IMG/VR virus record: IMGVR_UViG_2671181011_000016 | Direction: 5' to 3' (one strand) | DNA length: 53,208 bases | DNA from: a virus | Taxonomy: Duplodnaviria; Heunggongvirae; Uroviricota; Caudoviricetes | Part shown: positions 10,066 through 18,078 of the stretch, piece by piece | Layout of the letters: the number at the start of each line of letters is the position of its first letter | How positions within the stretch are numbered: position 1 is the first letter of the stretch | Position numbers and translations under genes: made by a program | The notes under the pieces: generated by a model | What the model saw: the letters and a program-made list of their open reading frames with translations, nothing else | Told to the model about the DNA's origin: nothing | The model's database searches: none

Positions 10066-10314
10066 ATGGGGCGGCGCAATCACGGCGATTATGTGTACAC
10101 GTTGAAACAGGCCGCCCGCCTCGTCGGTTATCATGAGCACGAATTTATTGATTTGCTGATTGAGCGCGGGATACTGTACCAGGTATGTTTAACGCTGTAC
10201 CCGAAAGCAAAATACCTACAGGAAAAGTTATTCATCATCATGACGGATGAAAACCAGGTTAATCATTCATTCGTCACTGATAATGGCGTTAATTATCTGC
10301 GTGATAACTTATAG
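10066..10314 (+). CDS. hypothetical small protein with possible HTH (moron A3)
   Basis: 82 aa; RBS AAGGCGG; segment LKQAARLVGYHEHEFIDLLIERGIL looks helix-turn-helix-like. Confidence 0.5.
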   Translation: MGRRNHGDYVYTLKQAARLVGYHEHEFIDLLIERGILYQVCLTLYPKAKYLQEKLFIIMTDENQVNHSFVTDNGVNYLRDNL

Positions 10315-10322
10315 GACTGTAT

Positions 10323-10526
10323 ATGTTAAAGTACGACGGTCAAAAAATGGTTAGGTTTACGGGTTTTGCTAAAGGTAACAATAGAGAATTAACAGAGTAT
10401 TACAGTTTAAATATTGGTGACGTTTACCGCGTGGAAGAATGTCTGCATTCAATTAATTCTTTAATAATTATAAATAAAGAAAATCAAGGGGTGCTTGTTA
10501 CATTTAACGAAGTGGAGTTACCTTAA
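10323..10526 (+). CDS. hypothetical protein (moron A4)
   Basis: 67 aa; tightly packed after A3; AT-rich codons. Confidence 0.45.
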   Translation: MLKYDGQKMVRFTGFAKGNNRELTEYYSLNIGDVYRVEECLHSINSLIIINKENQGVLVTFNEVELP

Positions 10527-10616
10527 TCAATAAAGCGACGAAGTGATTGGAAATGTTTTGGTAGTGGTTGGCGCGATTGCCATCGTTTATGCCTTTCTGA
10601 GCTAATGGAGTGGATC

Positions 10617-10754
10617 ATGAAAATCGAAGTTTTAGCGCTAATCGCAATGGGCTTGATAGTATTTGGCGTGCACGCTGCGGATTGGGACTGGAGCGCAATA
10701 GCTGAGAATATGGCGCACGCTCACCCGATTGGATTAGTGCACATGAATTTTTAA
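10617..10754 (+). CDS. small hydrophobic protein (moron A5)
   Basis: 45 aa; N-terminal hydrophobic stretch IEVLALIAMGLIVFGVHA (signal/TM-like); RBS GGAGTGG. Confidence 0.45.
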   Translation: MKIEVLALIAMGLIVFGVHAADWDWSAIAENMAHAHPIGLVHMNF

Positions 10755-10795
10755 CACAAACCCCGCTTCGGCGGGGTGTTATAGGTAGGTGAGAT

Positions 10796-10972
10796 ATGAA
10801 AGAGGGTGTGACTTATCAGCATGTGTATACATTTGAAATTTACCGCATATGTGATGGTTATGTTGAAGAGTATAAAATCTTCCCCCGTGGATACTGGAAG
10901 AGAGTTAAGATTTCTGTAAGGTTATTAAAGAAAATGTTTAAAAAAGGATTAATTCAAGAAATTGATTTTTAG
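10796..10972 (+). CDS. hypothetical basic protein (moron A6)
   Basis: 58 aa; RBS AGGTGAG 6 nt upstream of ATG. Confidence 0.5.
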   Translation: MKEGVTYQHVYTFEIYRICDGYVEEYKIFPRGYWKRVKISVRLLKKMFKKGLIQEIDF

Positions 10973-10980
10973 TAAACAAT

Positions 10981-11020
10981 AAAAAAAAGGGGGGGGTACC
11001 CCCTTATTGTTTTATTTGTC
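10981..11020. terminator. rho-independent terminator ending moron cassette A
   Basis: A8 run, G-run / TAC / C-run hairpin, then TTATTGTTTTATTT. Confidence 0.65.
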
Positions 11021-11098
11021 GTGACAACTTTCTATTTCATAGATGATCGTCATTCCTACCGCGATAATAAATACCATTACTAAGCCATCAACCAGCAT
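11012..11098 (-). CDS. micro-ORF encoding a 28-aa hydrophobic peptide
   Basis: MLVDGLVMVFIIAVGMTIIYEIESCHDK; ATG 2 nt after the stop of the upstream gene (TAATATG); single predicted TM helix. Confidence 0.35.
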   Translation of the reverse strand: MLVDGLVMVFIIAVGMTIIYEIESCHDK

Positions 11099-11099
11099 A

Positions 11100-11285
11100 T
11101 TAAACACCCTCAATCAAGAATAAATATTCCTTCCCTTCGTAAGATCTGCACCCCACGTACCCGTCGCCGTAGTCATGCAGATACCAGGTATCCCCTTTAT
11201 CACTCACCACTGTGAGATTATCGATCTGGTAGTCTTCGAATAGCGTAAATGATTCATCGCCAGCTTTAACGCACATCCCGTACAT
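11100..11285 (-). CDS. hypothetical protein coupled downstream of M
   Basis: 61 aa; strong RBS AAAGGGGG; start directly after the M stop. Confidence 0.5.
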   Translation of the reverse strand: MYGMCVKAGDESFTLFEDYQIDNLTVVSDKGDTWYLHDYGDGYVGCRSYEGKEYLFLIEGV

Positions 11286-11295
11286 ATTGCCCCCT

Positions 11296-11649
11296 TTAAT
11301 TCATCACTTGCTCAAACGTCGCGGTTAGCGTGAATACAGGGCCGTCCTTCGTCATGCTCCATTTTCGGCAGACAAAAAGCCTTTGCACCCCATCCATCGA
11401 CGGCGACCAGTAAAAAGCCTCGACAGCGCCGCGCGCCCTCAAGAATGCTTCCGCCTGGATCGCTACATTCCCACCATCGCCGCATCCTGCACTACTGCCT
11501 TTAAAAACCAGGGTGTAACTATCAAGCAACGTGTTAATCCCTTTCGCCTGGCGCTGTTCATAACCATCACCAAGTTTAACGACCGACACATTTGGTTCCC
11601 TGGTCACGCTGTAGCTTCTTTGCGGCGTCCATCTGAAAACTTCTGGCAT
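11296..11649 (-). CDS. M: minor tail protein, lambda M-like
   Basis: 117 aa; matches lambda gpM pattern (FRW.P...GDGY.QR...G.N, KWS......ATFEQV.N). Confidence 0.8.
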   Translation of the reverse strand: MPEVFRWTPQRSYSVTREPNVSVVKLGDGYEQRQAKGINTLLDSYTLVFKGSSAGCGDGGNVAIQAEAFLRARGAVEAFYWSPSMDGVQRLFVCRKWSMTKDGPVFTLTATFEQVMN

Positions 11650-11735
11650 GATTCCCCCTATAAGTTACATATTGCATACATCTTTACGCGCTTCTACGCG
11701 AAAAATGAGAAATTCATCACAAGAATTATAACCAG

Positions 11736-11777
11736 TTTACAAAATGGCTTCACATAGGGCGTGACAAGATGTATATA
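11736..11777 (+). promoter_or_regulatory. sigma70-like promoter of moron cassette B with upstream TTTACAAAATGG motif
   Basis: motif 11736-11747, -35 TTCACA (11749-11754), 17-bp spacer, -10 TATATA (11772-11777). Confidence 0.6.
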
Positions 11778-11818
11778 GAAAGCAAGAAGAAAAAGCAGTA
11801 CCGACAAAGGGGGACAAT

Positions 11819-11974
11819 ATGGAACGCTATGTGGTTGTGATGCTGAACAACGCATTCGAACAGGTGGAGGTGGCGATAGTCAAAGGCTTTGATGACGCAT
11901 TCAAATACGGTCAATTCATGATGAACGCGAAGGAAAATGAGTACCGTGATTTCTTCCTGAAAGTGGTCAACTAA
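11819..11974 (+). CDS. hypothetical protein (moron B1)
   Basis: 51 aa; RBS AAAGGGGGA; MERYVVVMLNNAFEQ... Confidence 0.55.
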   Translation: MERYVVVMLNNAFEQVEVAIVKGFDDAFKYGQFMMNAKENEYRDFFLKVVN

Positions 11975-11992
11975 TGGATTGCGGGGTGGGTT

Positions 11993-12247
11993 ATGAAATT
12001 GGTAGCGATTGGTAAAAATCTGAAAGCACAGAAAAACGCACAGGACCGGATCATCAAAAAGGGCAAGGCTTTATTAAATGCTTTCCTGAGAAAAGAGGCC
12101 ACCCCCAAAAAATTACGCGATGGTTACGGTTATAAATTTGATATTAACCCCGATTGGCGGTTATTCAGCGAAGATTTAAAGGCGTGGTTAATTATCGACC
12201 ATCTGGAATATAACAGACACTGTGGGGTTAAAGGGGCGCATAAGTAA
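11993..12247 (+). CDS. hypothetical basic protein (moron B2)
   Basis: 84 aa; RBS GGGGTGGG; Lys-rich N-terminus. Confidence 0.55.
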   Translation: MKLVAIGKNLKAQKNAQDRIIKKGKALLNAFLRKEATPKKLRDGYGYKFDINPDWRLFSEDLKAWLIIDHLEYNRHCGVKGAHK

Positions 12248-12354
12248 GGCGGGCATGAAGGGCGATAAATTCACCCGGCGGGGGAACTGGAATGTTTGAC
12301 AGGTAATTTTGGATAGGGTGTATCGCGCGGAATGGTTGTTTATAAATACGAAAA

Positions 12355-12388
12355 TAGCCCCGGCATTGTACCGGGGTTTGGTTTATTT
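12355..12388. terminator. bidirectional rho-independent terminator (moron B / tape measure gene)
   Basis: hairpin CCCCGG-CATTGTA-CCGGGG followed by TTTGGTTTATTT; overlaps the TMP stop codon. Confidence 0.65.
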
Positions 12389-14731
12389 GCGGCGAGGTTG
12401 CAACATTCCTCCGGGTCGCTGCGATTCCCTTGCCATCATTTTCATCGCGACGCGTTCCATCGTCTGTTCAAGTCTGCGACTGTCTTCGTCGCTAAATCCG
12501 TTTGTGGTCTGTACGGTGATGTTAACAGGCATATTGATGCCGCCGCCGCTGAAGAGATCACGGCCAGGAATTACCCTACCATTCTCGCCAGGAATCATAT
12601 ACTGACGCCCATTGCTCGTCTGGAATAGCTCTGGGATTCCGTGCTCACCTACGCGATACAGGCTGCCACCATTAACAGAACCACCATTATAACGCCCGCC
12701 ACCAAAGATTGACGTTGCCAGCGACATGATCGCAGAAAGCGCCGCAGCACCAGCCGCCGCCCAGCTACCACCAGTTGACGCCGCAGTCGCCGCCGCCGCT
12801 GGGGCCGCCGCCGCTGCAATCTGGCCTTGTGCCGCTACTGCGCCAGCCGTTGTACTTGCCTGGGTAGCCTTGCTTTGCGTTTCCATCATCAATTGATCTG
12901 CTATCCAGTTAGCGGCAATTTCTGACAGTTTGTTGCCAACGGTGTTAAGTATGCTACTTCCCAGGTTGGCGAAAACCTCGCTTAATGATTGAGTGCCGTT
13001 TAGCAGTCCGGTAAGGGCATTACCCATGCCACCCTTCAGGCCGCTGACGCACGCACCAATCAGGCCGTTTGTTTCGCTTTGCGCCTGCCATTGTTCCCAT
13101 TTCAGATCTCTGATCTGTTGTTCATATTCCAATAGCGCCTGTTTCTGTTGCGCCTCTGTAGCGCCCAAGTCTATCAGCATTTGTTTGCGAACGGCCCATT
13201 CATTTTGTGCCTGCTTGATTGGGTCAATTTCTCCCTTAAGCTGGTCCATCGGGCTGACTATGTGATCCCATTTGTCGCGTAGCTCATCAACAGGGATTTG
13301 CGCCAATTCGTCCTTCAGTTCCTTGCCTATCCCTTTCTGCGCGGCCTTGTACTCAAGTAGGGTTATTTTGCCCTGGGCGAATGCAGCTTCAATGGCCTTG
13401 CCGTTCTCTAATGCGTTGCGCATAGCGGCGGCGTCCTTGTTGTACTGGTCGGACACTTTTATGCCTTCATCACCAAGCCGATCAGCTTCAGATTTCTTGT
13501 CCTTTTTGCCCTTTTTCCCTTTTTTAGGCTTACCGACTGGCTGATCGAATCCGGTGATCTTGCCATCGTCAGCCTCATCCTGTTTCTGCATTAACTCATC
13601 ATAGGCGGCGGTCGCGTTTTTAATGTCGTTTGCAAACGTCATGACTTTGCCGACGGTGGGGCCAAATTTTTTCTCGTTGTTGCTGTTTAGCTCTTCCTTG
13701 CGTTTATCGACGATCTCCTTCATCCACTTGTAACCATCCATTAGCGCTTTGATTGGCGTTACCATTTTGATGATTTCTTCCGCCACCTCACCAGCCTTAA
13801 CAGCAACGTCGTCAAACATGTCGATGAACTCGTTACCAGCGGTTTTAAGTGTGTTGAAACAGGTTGCGGCGAATTTTGCGCCTTTACCCAATCCCTCAAC
13901 GCCACTAGTGATTAAGTCTATTGCTGTTACAACGCCGTCAGATATGCCGAAAAGATCATCAAGCTGTTCGACAAGTCCCATAACCTCAACTTTAAGCTCG
14001 TTGAAGGCCATGCCGGATGTGCGCGGCAACTGTGCGAACTTCTCGTTTGTTTCCTGCGTAGCGGCCTGGATCGCGTTAAGCATCCTTTCAGCCGTGATCT
14101 TACCGTCCAGCATTTCAGCGCGGAACTGACCCATAGACAACCCCATTTGGCGGGCCATTTCCTGTATGATTGTTGGTGTGTTGTCACGTATTGAGTTAAA
14201 TTCCTCAGCCTGCAACACGCCAGCATCAATAGCCTGGCGGAACTGAAGCATGGAGTTTGATAGTTGTTCCGCAGACACGCCGCCCAGGTTGCCGAGTTTT
14301 TGCAGCGTGCTAACCAGGTTGAGTACCTGGCCTTCTGTAGCGGATGTGTTTTTTAGCGATATAGCAAGACCTTGCCACAGGGCACCAGTATCCTTAAGGC
14401 TTTGCCCTGTTTCTTTTGATATATCTTTCAGTCTGTTGAAAACACGCTCCGTGGCCTCCGCTTCACCTGTAAGCAGTTTGATTTTTACGCGAAGCATTTT
14501 CGCTTGCTCCGCCATGTCAATAAACTGGCGTACAGCCTCCGCAGCAAGTAGCAAATGGATAACCCTGGATAGCGCTTTGATTGAAGTCTTAAGCGTGTTC
14601 ACCTGGCGGTCAGCGCGTTTTGCGCCACGCTCGATGCTGTCAAAAGCCTGGTCTGCCTGTCGTTGAGCAACGAGAAGTTGACCAGTTTTTGCATCAACTT
14701 CGTAGTAAATTGTACCTAAACTAGTTGCCAT
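12383..14731 (-). CDS. tail tape measure protein
   Basis: 782 aa, largely alpha-helical and Ala/Gln/Lys-rich with a Gly-rich C-terminal part; sits at the lambda H position upstream of M. Confidence 0.85.
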   Translation of the reverse strand: MATSLGTIYYEVDAKTGQLLVAQRQADQAFDSIERGAKRADRQVNTLKTSIKALSRVIHLLLAAEAVRQFIDMAEQAKMLRVKIKLLTGEAEATERVFNRLKDISKETGQSLKDTGALWQGLAISLKNTSATEGQVLNLVSTLQKLGNLGGVSAEQLSNSMLQFRQAIDAGVLQAEEFNSIRDNTPTIIQEMARQMGLSMGQFRAEMLDGKITAERMLNAIQAATQETNEKFAQLPRTSGMAFNELKVEVMGLVEQLDDLFGISDGVVTAIDLITSGVEGLGKGAKFAATCFNTLKTAGNEFIDMFDDVAVKAGEVAEEIIKMVTPIKALMDGYKWMKEIVDKRKEELNSNNEKKFGPTVGKVMTFANDIKNATAAYDELMQKQDEADDGKITGFDQPVGKPKKGKKGKKDKKSEADRLGDEGIKVSDQYNKDAAAMRNALENGKAIEAAFAQGKITLLEYKAAQKGIGKELKDELAQIPVDELRDKWDHIVSPMDQLKGEIDPIKQAQNEWAVRKQMLIDLGATEAQQKQALLEYEQQIRDLKWEQWQAQSETNGLIGACVSGLKGGMGNALTGLLNGTQSLSEVFANLGSSILNTVGNKLSEIAANWIADQLMMETQSKATQASTTAGAVAAQGQIAAAAAPAAAATAASTGGSWAAAGAAALSAIMSLATSIFGGGRYNGGSVNGGSLYRVGEHGIPELFQTSNGRQYMIPGENGRVIPGRDLFSGGGINMPVNITVQTTNGFSDEDSRRLEQTMERVAMKMMARESQRPGGMLQPRRK

Positions 14732-14768
14732 GATTTAACCTCATGAAAGTGTGATCTACGTCTCTATT

Positions 14769-14811
14769 TTATACAAAATGGCTTCACTTCAACGAGTACA
14801 TTTTGTATAAA
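14769..14811 (+). promoter_or_regulatory. sigma70-like promoter of moron cassette C with upstream TTATACAAAATGG motif
   Basis: motif 14769-14781, -35 TTCACT, 17-bp spacer, -10 TATAAA (14806-14811); inverted motif copy CATTTTGTATAA overlaps the -10. Confidence 0.6.
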
Positions 14812-14887
14812 GAAGATAAAGGAAAGGGATAGAACGAAGGGACTTAAAAGGCCGGATTAACCGGAGGAAGCAAAAGAGGATAAGAAA

Positions 14888-14977
14888 ATGAAAAACGTAA
14901 ACTACCGCCCCAACGAACATGAGCGTTATGCCGACTTTATCGAAGAAATGCTGAAAGCACTTAAAAACAAAAACTAA
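14888..14977 (+). CDS. micro-ORF (29 aa) leading moron cassette C
   Basis: MKNVNYRPNEHERYADFIEEMLKALKNKN; RBS AAGAGGA. Confidence 0.4.
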   Translation: MKNVNYRPNEHERYADFIEEMLKALKNKN

Positions 14978-14989
14978 GCGGGGTGAGTT

Positions 14990-15406
14990 ATGAAACGGTT
15001 AATTAGAGCGGCAATGATGGCGGTAATGGTTGGTTTGGCATTCAACGCAAATGCAAACGATGTAATAAATATAAACTGCGATGAAGTAGCAAATAACGTT
15101 GCCGAATACCATAAAATTTTCAAGAAGGAACCCGCAGCCATCAAGGTTTTTTATAAAGCAATTGACAAGCATTTCGAAGGTAAAGCAGTTTATGCAAGAT
15201 GGTTTAATTATGGGCTTGTGAAGGAGGCTGCTGTAGGTGTCGTATTCGAAGGTAACAATGAAATAAGAAACAGAATAGCCAACGAGTGCAACGCTGATAA
15301 AGCCGCATTTGCTGAAAGAATATTTAACGAAGGCGGCGCGGGTGTAAAAAATCATGCTATCGTTGATTTAGGTAACGGCAGAATTGAAATTGTAAGGATT
15401 AGATAA
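14990..15406 (+). CDS. Sec-exported small protein (moron C2)
   Basis: 138 aa; signal peptide MKRLIRAAMMAVMVGLAFNANA with AxA cleavage motif; two Cys in the mature part; RBS GGGGTGAG. Confidence 0.65.
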   Translation: MKRLIRAAMMAVMVGLAFNANANDVININCDEVANNVAEYHKIFKKEPAAIKVFYKAIDKHFEGKAVYARWFNYGLVKEAAVGVVFEGNNEIRNRIANECNADKAAFAERIFNEGGAGVKNHAIVDLGNGRIEIVRIR

Positions 15407-15440
15407 TGAGCACTATCAAAAAGCATCATCGACATATAAC

Positions 15441-15465
15441 GCCCGGTTCTACCGGGCTTTTTCTT
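15441..15465 (+). terminator. rho-independent terminator after moron cassette C
   Basis: hairpin GCCCGG-TTCTA-CCGGGC followed by TTTTTCT; overlaps the 3' end of the convergent minus-strand gene. Confidence 0.65.
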
Positions 15466-16126
15466 GCTCGCGTTTTTTCATCAATTCCAGCACCCTTTTA
15501 GCGGCCTCCATTTGCTCATCATAATCACGTTTATTTATCTGAACGTTTGGCTTACGTTTCTCGTTTCTTTCGTCTGGTGGCGTTTTAGCGCGTACAGCGG
15601 CCCTATATCCGGTCATTGTCATGCCCCACGCTTCAGACTCAGACAATCCCAGGTGAGCAACAGCAGAATAAACATACTCAAGGATGTCGAATGTGGGCTT
15701 GTACTCGCCATCCTGGTTTTCGCCCGTGTCTTCTTCTGGACCGTCACCAATTAAACCGTGGAACATGCAGTGTTGCGCCAGTGTGATAACGTCGCTGGTG
15801 GGCATTAATCCAGGCTTTAGCCTCAACTTACCCGAAGGAGTAAAGCTACATTCGCCCAATAACGGGCCTATTTCGCATTCTGAGCAACATTTCAGTATAT
15901 GGATGGACGTTTGCACCAGCTCACCATAACAACGCGCCAGAATTCGATTGCGGAGGTCTGTATCCATTGGCATACGCCGTGGGTATCTGCCACCGTGAAC
16001 CGTTGCGAAATATTCGACCAGTTCCCTGTCACTGCCGATCTTAGCCATTGCAGCAAAGCATGGATTGAACTCGTAACGTCTTCCATCAACCACAACCGCA
16101 AATTGTCCTGTTCGAACATGGATCAT
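15449..16126 (-). CDS. putative tail assembly chaperone (lambda G/GT position)
   Basis: 225 aa from the ATG with RBS AGGGTGA (track ORF extends to 16156); lies between major tail and tape measure genes; acidic middle, basic C-terminus; assignment positional. Confidence 0.45.
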   Translation of the reverse strand: MIHVRTGQFAVVVDGRRYEFNPCFAAMAKIGSDRELVEYFATVHGGRYPRRMPMDTDLRNRILARCYGELVQTSIHILKCCSECEIGPLLGECSFTPSGKLRLKPGLMPTSDVITLAQHCMFHGLIGDGPEEDTGENQDGEYKPTFDILEYVYSAVAHLGLSESEAWGMTMTGYRAAVRAKTPPDERNEKRKPNVQINKRDYDEQMEAAKRVLELMKKREQEKAR

Positions 16127-16181
16127 AGCTGTCACCCTAAAAAATAAAGGGGCCAAATGGCCCCGATGTTAATATTTACTG

Positions 16182-16658
16182 TTACAGTGACGGAACGTCA
16201 CCTACCGTGACCTTGCCAGCGCTTTCGCACTCAATGGACCAGGTGGACACATCGTCGTGCGGATCTTCTTCTTTAAAGGAGGTGCAAAGGAACGGACCTT
16301 CGGTTACGTCGAGCGGGGAAACGAGTTTTAGCCAGACGTAAGGCTGCGCACCAGTTGTTTCGCCAGGGTTAATAACGTGGCGTTTAAGTGCTTTCTGGTT
16401 GTGGATCTCTTCGGTGCGGGATACGCCGTCGCCGGAGAAAGAAACGGACTTGTAAGTTACCATTGATTCTTTGGTATAGTCTGCTGATTTATCAGCGGTG
16501 GCGTCTGCAGTTTCCCATTCTACGGAAAGCGATTTGCCACGCATCATACCTAACGCTTTATAAGCGCTTTCTTCAGGTTTCGCATTAGGGCAAGCGATAG
16601 CGTAAAATGCGGCAACGTCGCGGCCTAAGAACGAACCTTTATCACAAGTCTGAGACAT
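16182..16658 (-). CDS. major tail (tube) protein
   Basis: 158 aa; position immediately upstream of the chaperone/TMP genes; beta-rich composition. Confidence 0.55.
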   Translation of the reverse strand: MSQTCDKGSFLGRDVAAFYAIACPNAKPEESAYKALGMMRGKSLSVEWETADATADKSADYTKESMVTYKSVSFSGDGVSRTEEIHNQKALKRHVINPGETTGAQPYVWLKLVSPLDVTEGPFLCTSFKEEDPHDDVSTWSIECESAGKVTVGDVPSL

Positions 16659-16671
16659 GTTTAGTTACCTC

Positions 16672-17058
16672 TTATCTTGATATGATGGTTTGGAAAGCTA
16701 CGGTGAAGATGAAGCGCCCTTCCCTTGTCTGCATTGCAGGAATCGCGCCAATTGGTTTCATGTGTGTAATTTTATCAGTTTTGTATTCGGTTATCATACT
16801 CTGGCGTATTGCGTCGGCGAGATCTTCCACTTCACTGATATTTGCGTCATTACGCGCTGAAATAACCAGGATGCGGAAATAGTCACGGGTTACAGCTTCT
16901 TCACCAGCCGCCCCGCCGTTTTGCTGTATGACAATATATCTGCTGTTATTGGAATTGGATCGCTCATTCCAGAAACGGGCCTGCAAAATATAACCTTCGT
17001 CATACCCGTGGGACTTAATCCAATCCCTTATTTCGTCGTATACTTCGCTGCGTTTCAT
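16672..17058 (-). CDS. tail terminator / tail completion protein (positional)
   Basis: 128 aa ORF between the head-tail connector genes and the major tail gene. Confidence 0.4.
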   Translation of the reverse strand: MKRSEVYDEIRDWIKSHGYDEGYILQARFWNERSNSNNSRYIVIQQNGGAAGEEAVTRDYFRILVISARNDANISEVEDLADAIRQSMITEYKTDKITHMKPIGAIPAMQTREGRFIFTVAFQTIISR

Positions 17059-17528
17059 GATTGTTTCGTCCAGTACCCAAGTTTTATCGTGTTCCAGATT
17101 TCATTGAAATTATCTGGTTCCTCGAACGCCTTGCGCAAAAATTCAGGTTCCGCGTTTGGATCCCAGTAATAACCCTTCCCGGTGCCGCCGCCGAACTCAA
17201 CTACTTGTTTCGGTCCAAAATCAGAAAGGTTGTTGGTTTTCCCGAAATGCTCGCGAGGCTGTCCCATTAATGTCCCTGGCATGTCATGCACCCATTCAGC
17301 ATAGCGGGCGGTATATCCAACCCTGAGGCAAAGGCCATTGCCGTTTTTCTCGACAGTCTGGTACATACTGTTAATCAAAAAACCCGTATCAACTGGCGTC
17401 ATTCCAGATGCAAGGCCGGATGCAACGTTGCCAACAATCCATAGCACTTCATAAGTCTTTTTGTCTGCTATGTTCCTGATTTCTTCCGTCATTTTCATAC
17501 GGACGCGCTTGACGCCTTTCAGTGGCAT
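17055..17528 (-). CDS. head-tail joining protein, HK97 gp10-like family
   Basis: 157 aa; contains the VDTGFL.NS-type motif typical of the HK97 gp10 family. Confidence 0.5.
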   Translation of the reverse strand: MPLKGVKRVRMKMTEEIRNIADKKTYEVLWIVGNVASGLASGMTPVDTGFLINSMYQTVEKNGNGLCLRVGYTARYAEWVHDMPGTLMGQPREHFGKTNNLSDFGPKQVVEFGGGTGKGYYWDPNAEPEFLRKAFEEPDNFNEIWNTIKLGYWTKQS

Positions 17529-17529
17529 A

Positions 17530-17904
17530 CTAACCTCCCGTGACGATCTTATAGTCCGGCGTGTCGTTAAACATACTCATGTCCCATTCAACGATCCCGG
17601 TTATAAAGTTGGCCCCAGCCGCCAGCGGGTCAGAAATAGCAGTGGTGTCGCCAGTTGCAATCATCCATCCTTTTTCCGGGCGCTGCACTGGCTGCATCTT
17701 GTGAAGCAGTTCGGTATATACGGTTATCGTGTTGCTAACCTCATTCCCGTTTGCGTCTGTTGCGGTTCCGTCAGTGCGTTCCCATGCACAATCAATCAGG
17801 TATGGCGTTCCGTATACATCGGAGTTTGTCCAGTCGTCACGCGTCACGGGGTAAATGGTGGCTAATGCCTTGTAACTGAATCTCGCGATCTTACTCATAG
17901 CCAT
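17530..17904 (-). CDS. head closure / head-tail adaptor protein (positional)
   Basis: 124 aa ORF in the connector gene cluster. Confidence 0.4.
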   Translation of the reverse strand: MAMSKIARFSYKALATIYPVTRDDWTNSDVYGTPYLIDCAWERTDGTATDANGNEVSNTITVYTELLHKMQPVQRPEKGWMIATGDTTAISDPLAAGANFITGIVEWDMSMFNDTPDYKIVTGG

Positions 17905-18076
17905 AGCTCCATTTAACGATTTTCGGATGGGTTTTCGCCACTCGCGGGCAAAGAATCACCCATTCGCCAGCATCATTGAGATAGGCCGCCACCTGTCGCC
18001 CGGTGTCAGTCTTCACCCACACGCGGGTGAACGGCTTCGGCAATAGCGGTTTAGGTAATGTAAGGTCATTCCACAT
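17891..18076 (-). CDS. hypothetical small protein in connector cluster
   Basis: 61 aa ORF overlapping neighbours by a few nt. Confidence 0.35.
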   Translation of the reverse strand: MWNDLTLPKPLLPKPFTRVWVKTDTGRQVAAYLNDAGEWVILCPRVAKTHPKIVKWSYGYE

Positions 18077-18078
18077 TG

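Noticed and set aside
12993-14666. Several 90-138-aa + strand ORFs inside the tape measure gene
   Set aside because: Antisense to the TMP ORF, low-complexity Ser/Ala-rich translations, no RBS; typical shadow ORFs
15449-16156. Programmed -1 frameshift (G/GT-type) in the tail assembly chaperone gene
   Set aside because: I could not find a convincing slippery heptamer and overlapping extended frame by eye; left as a single ORF
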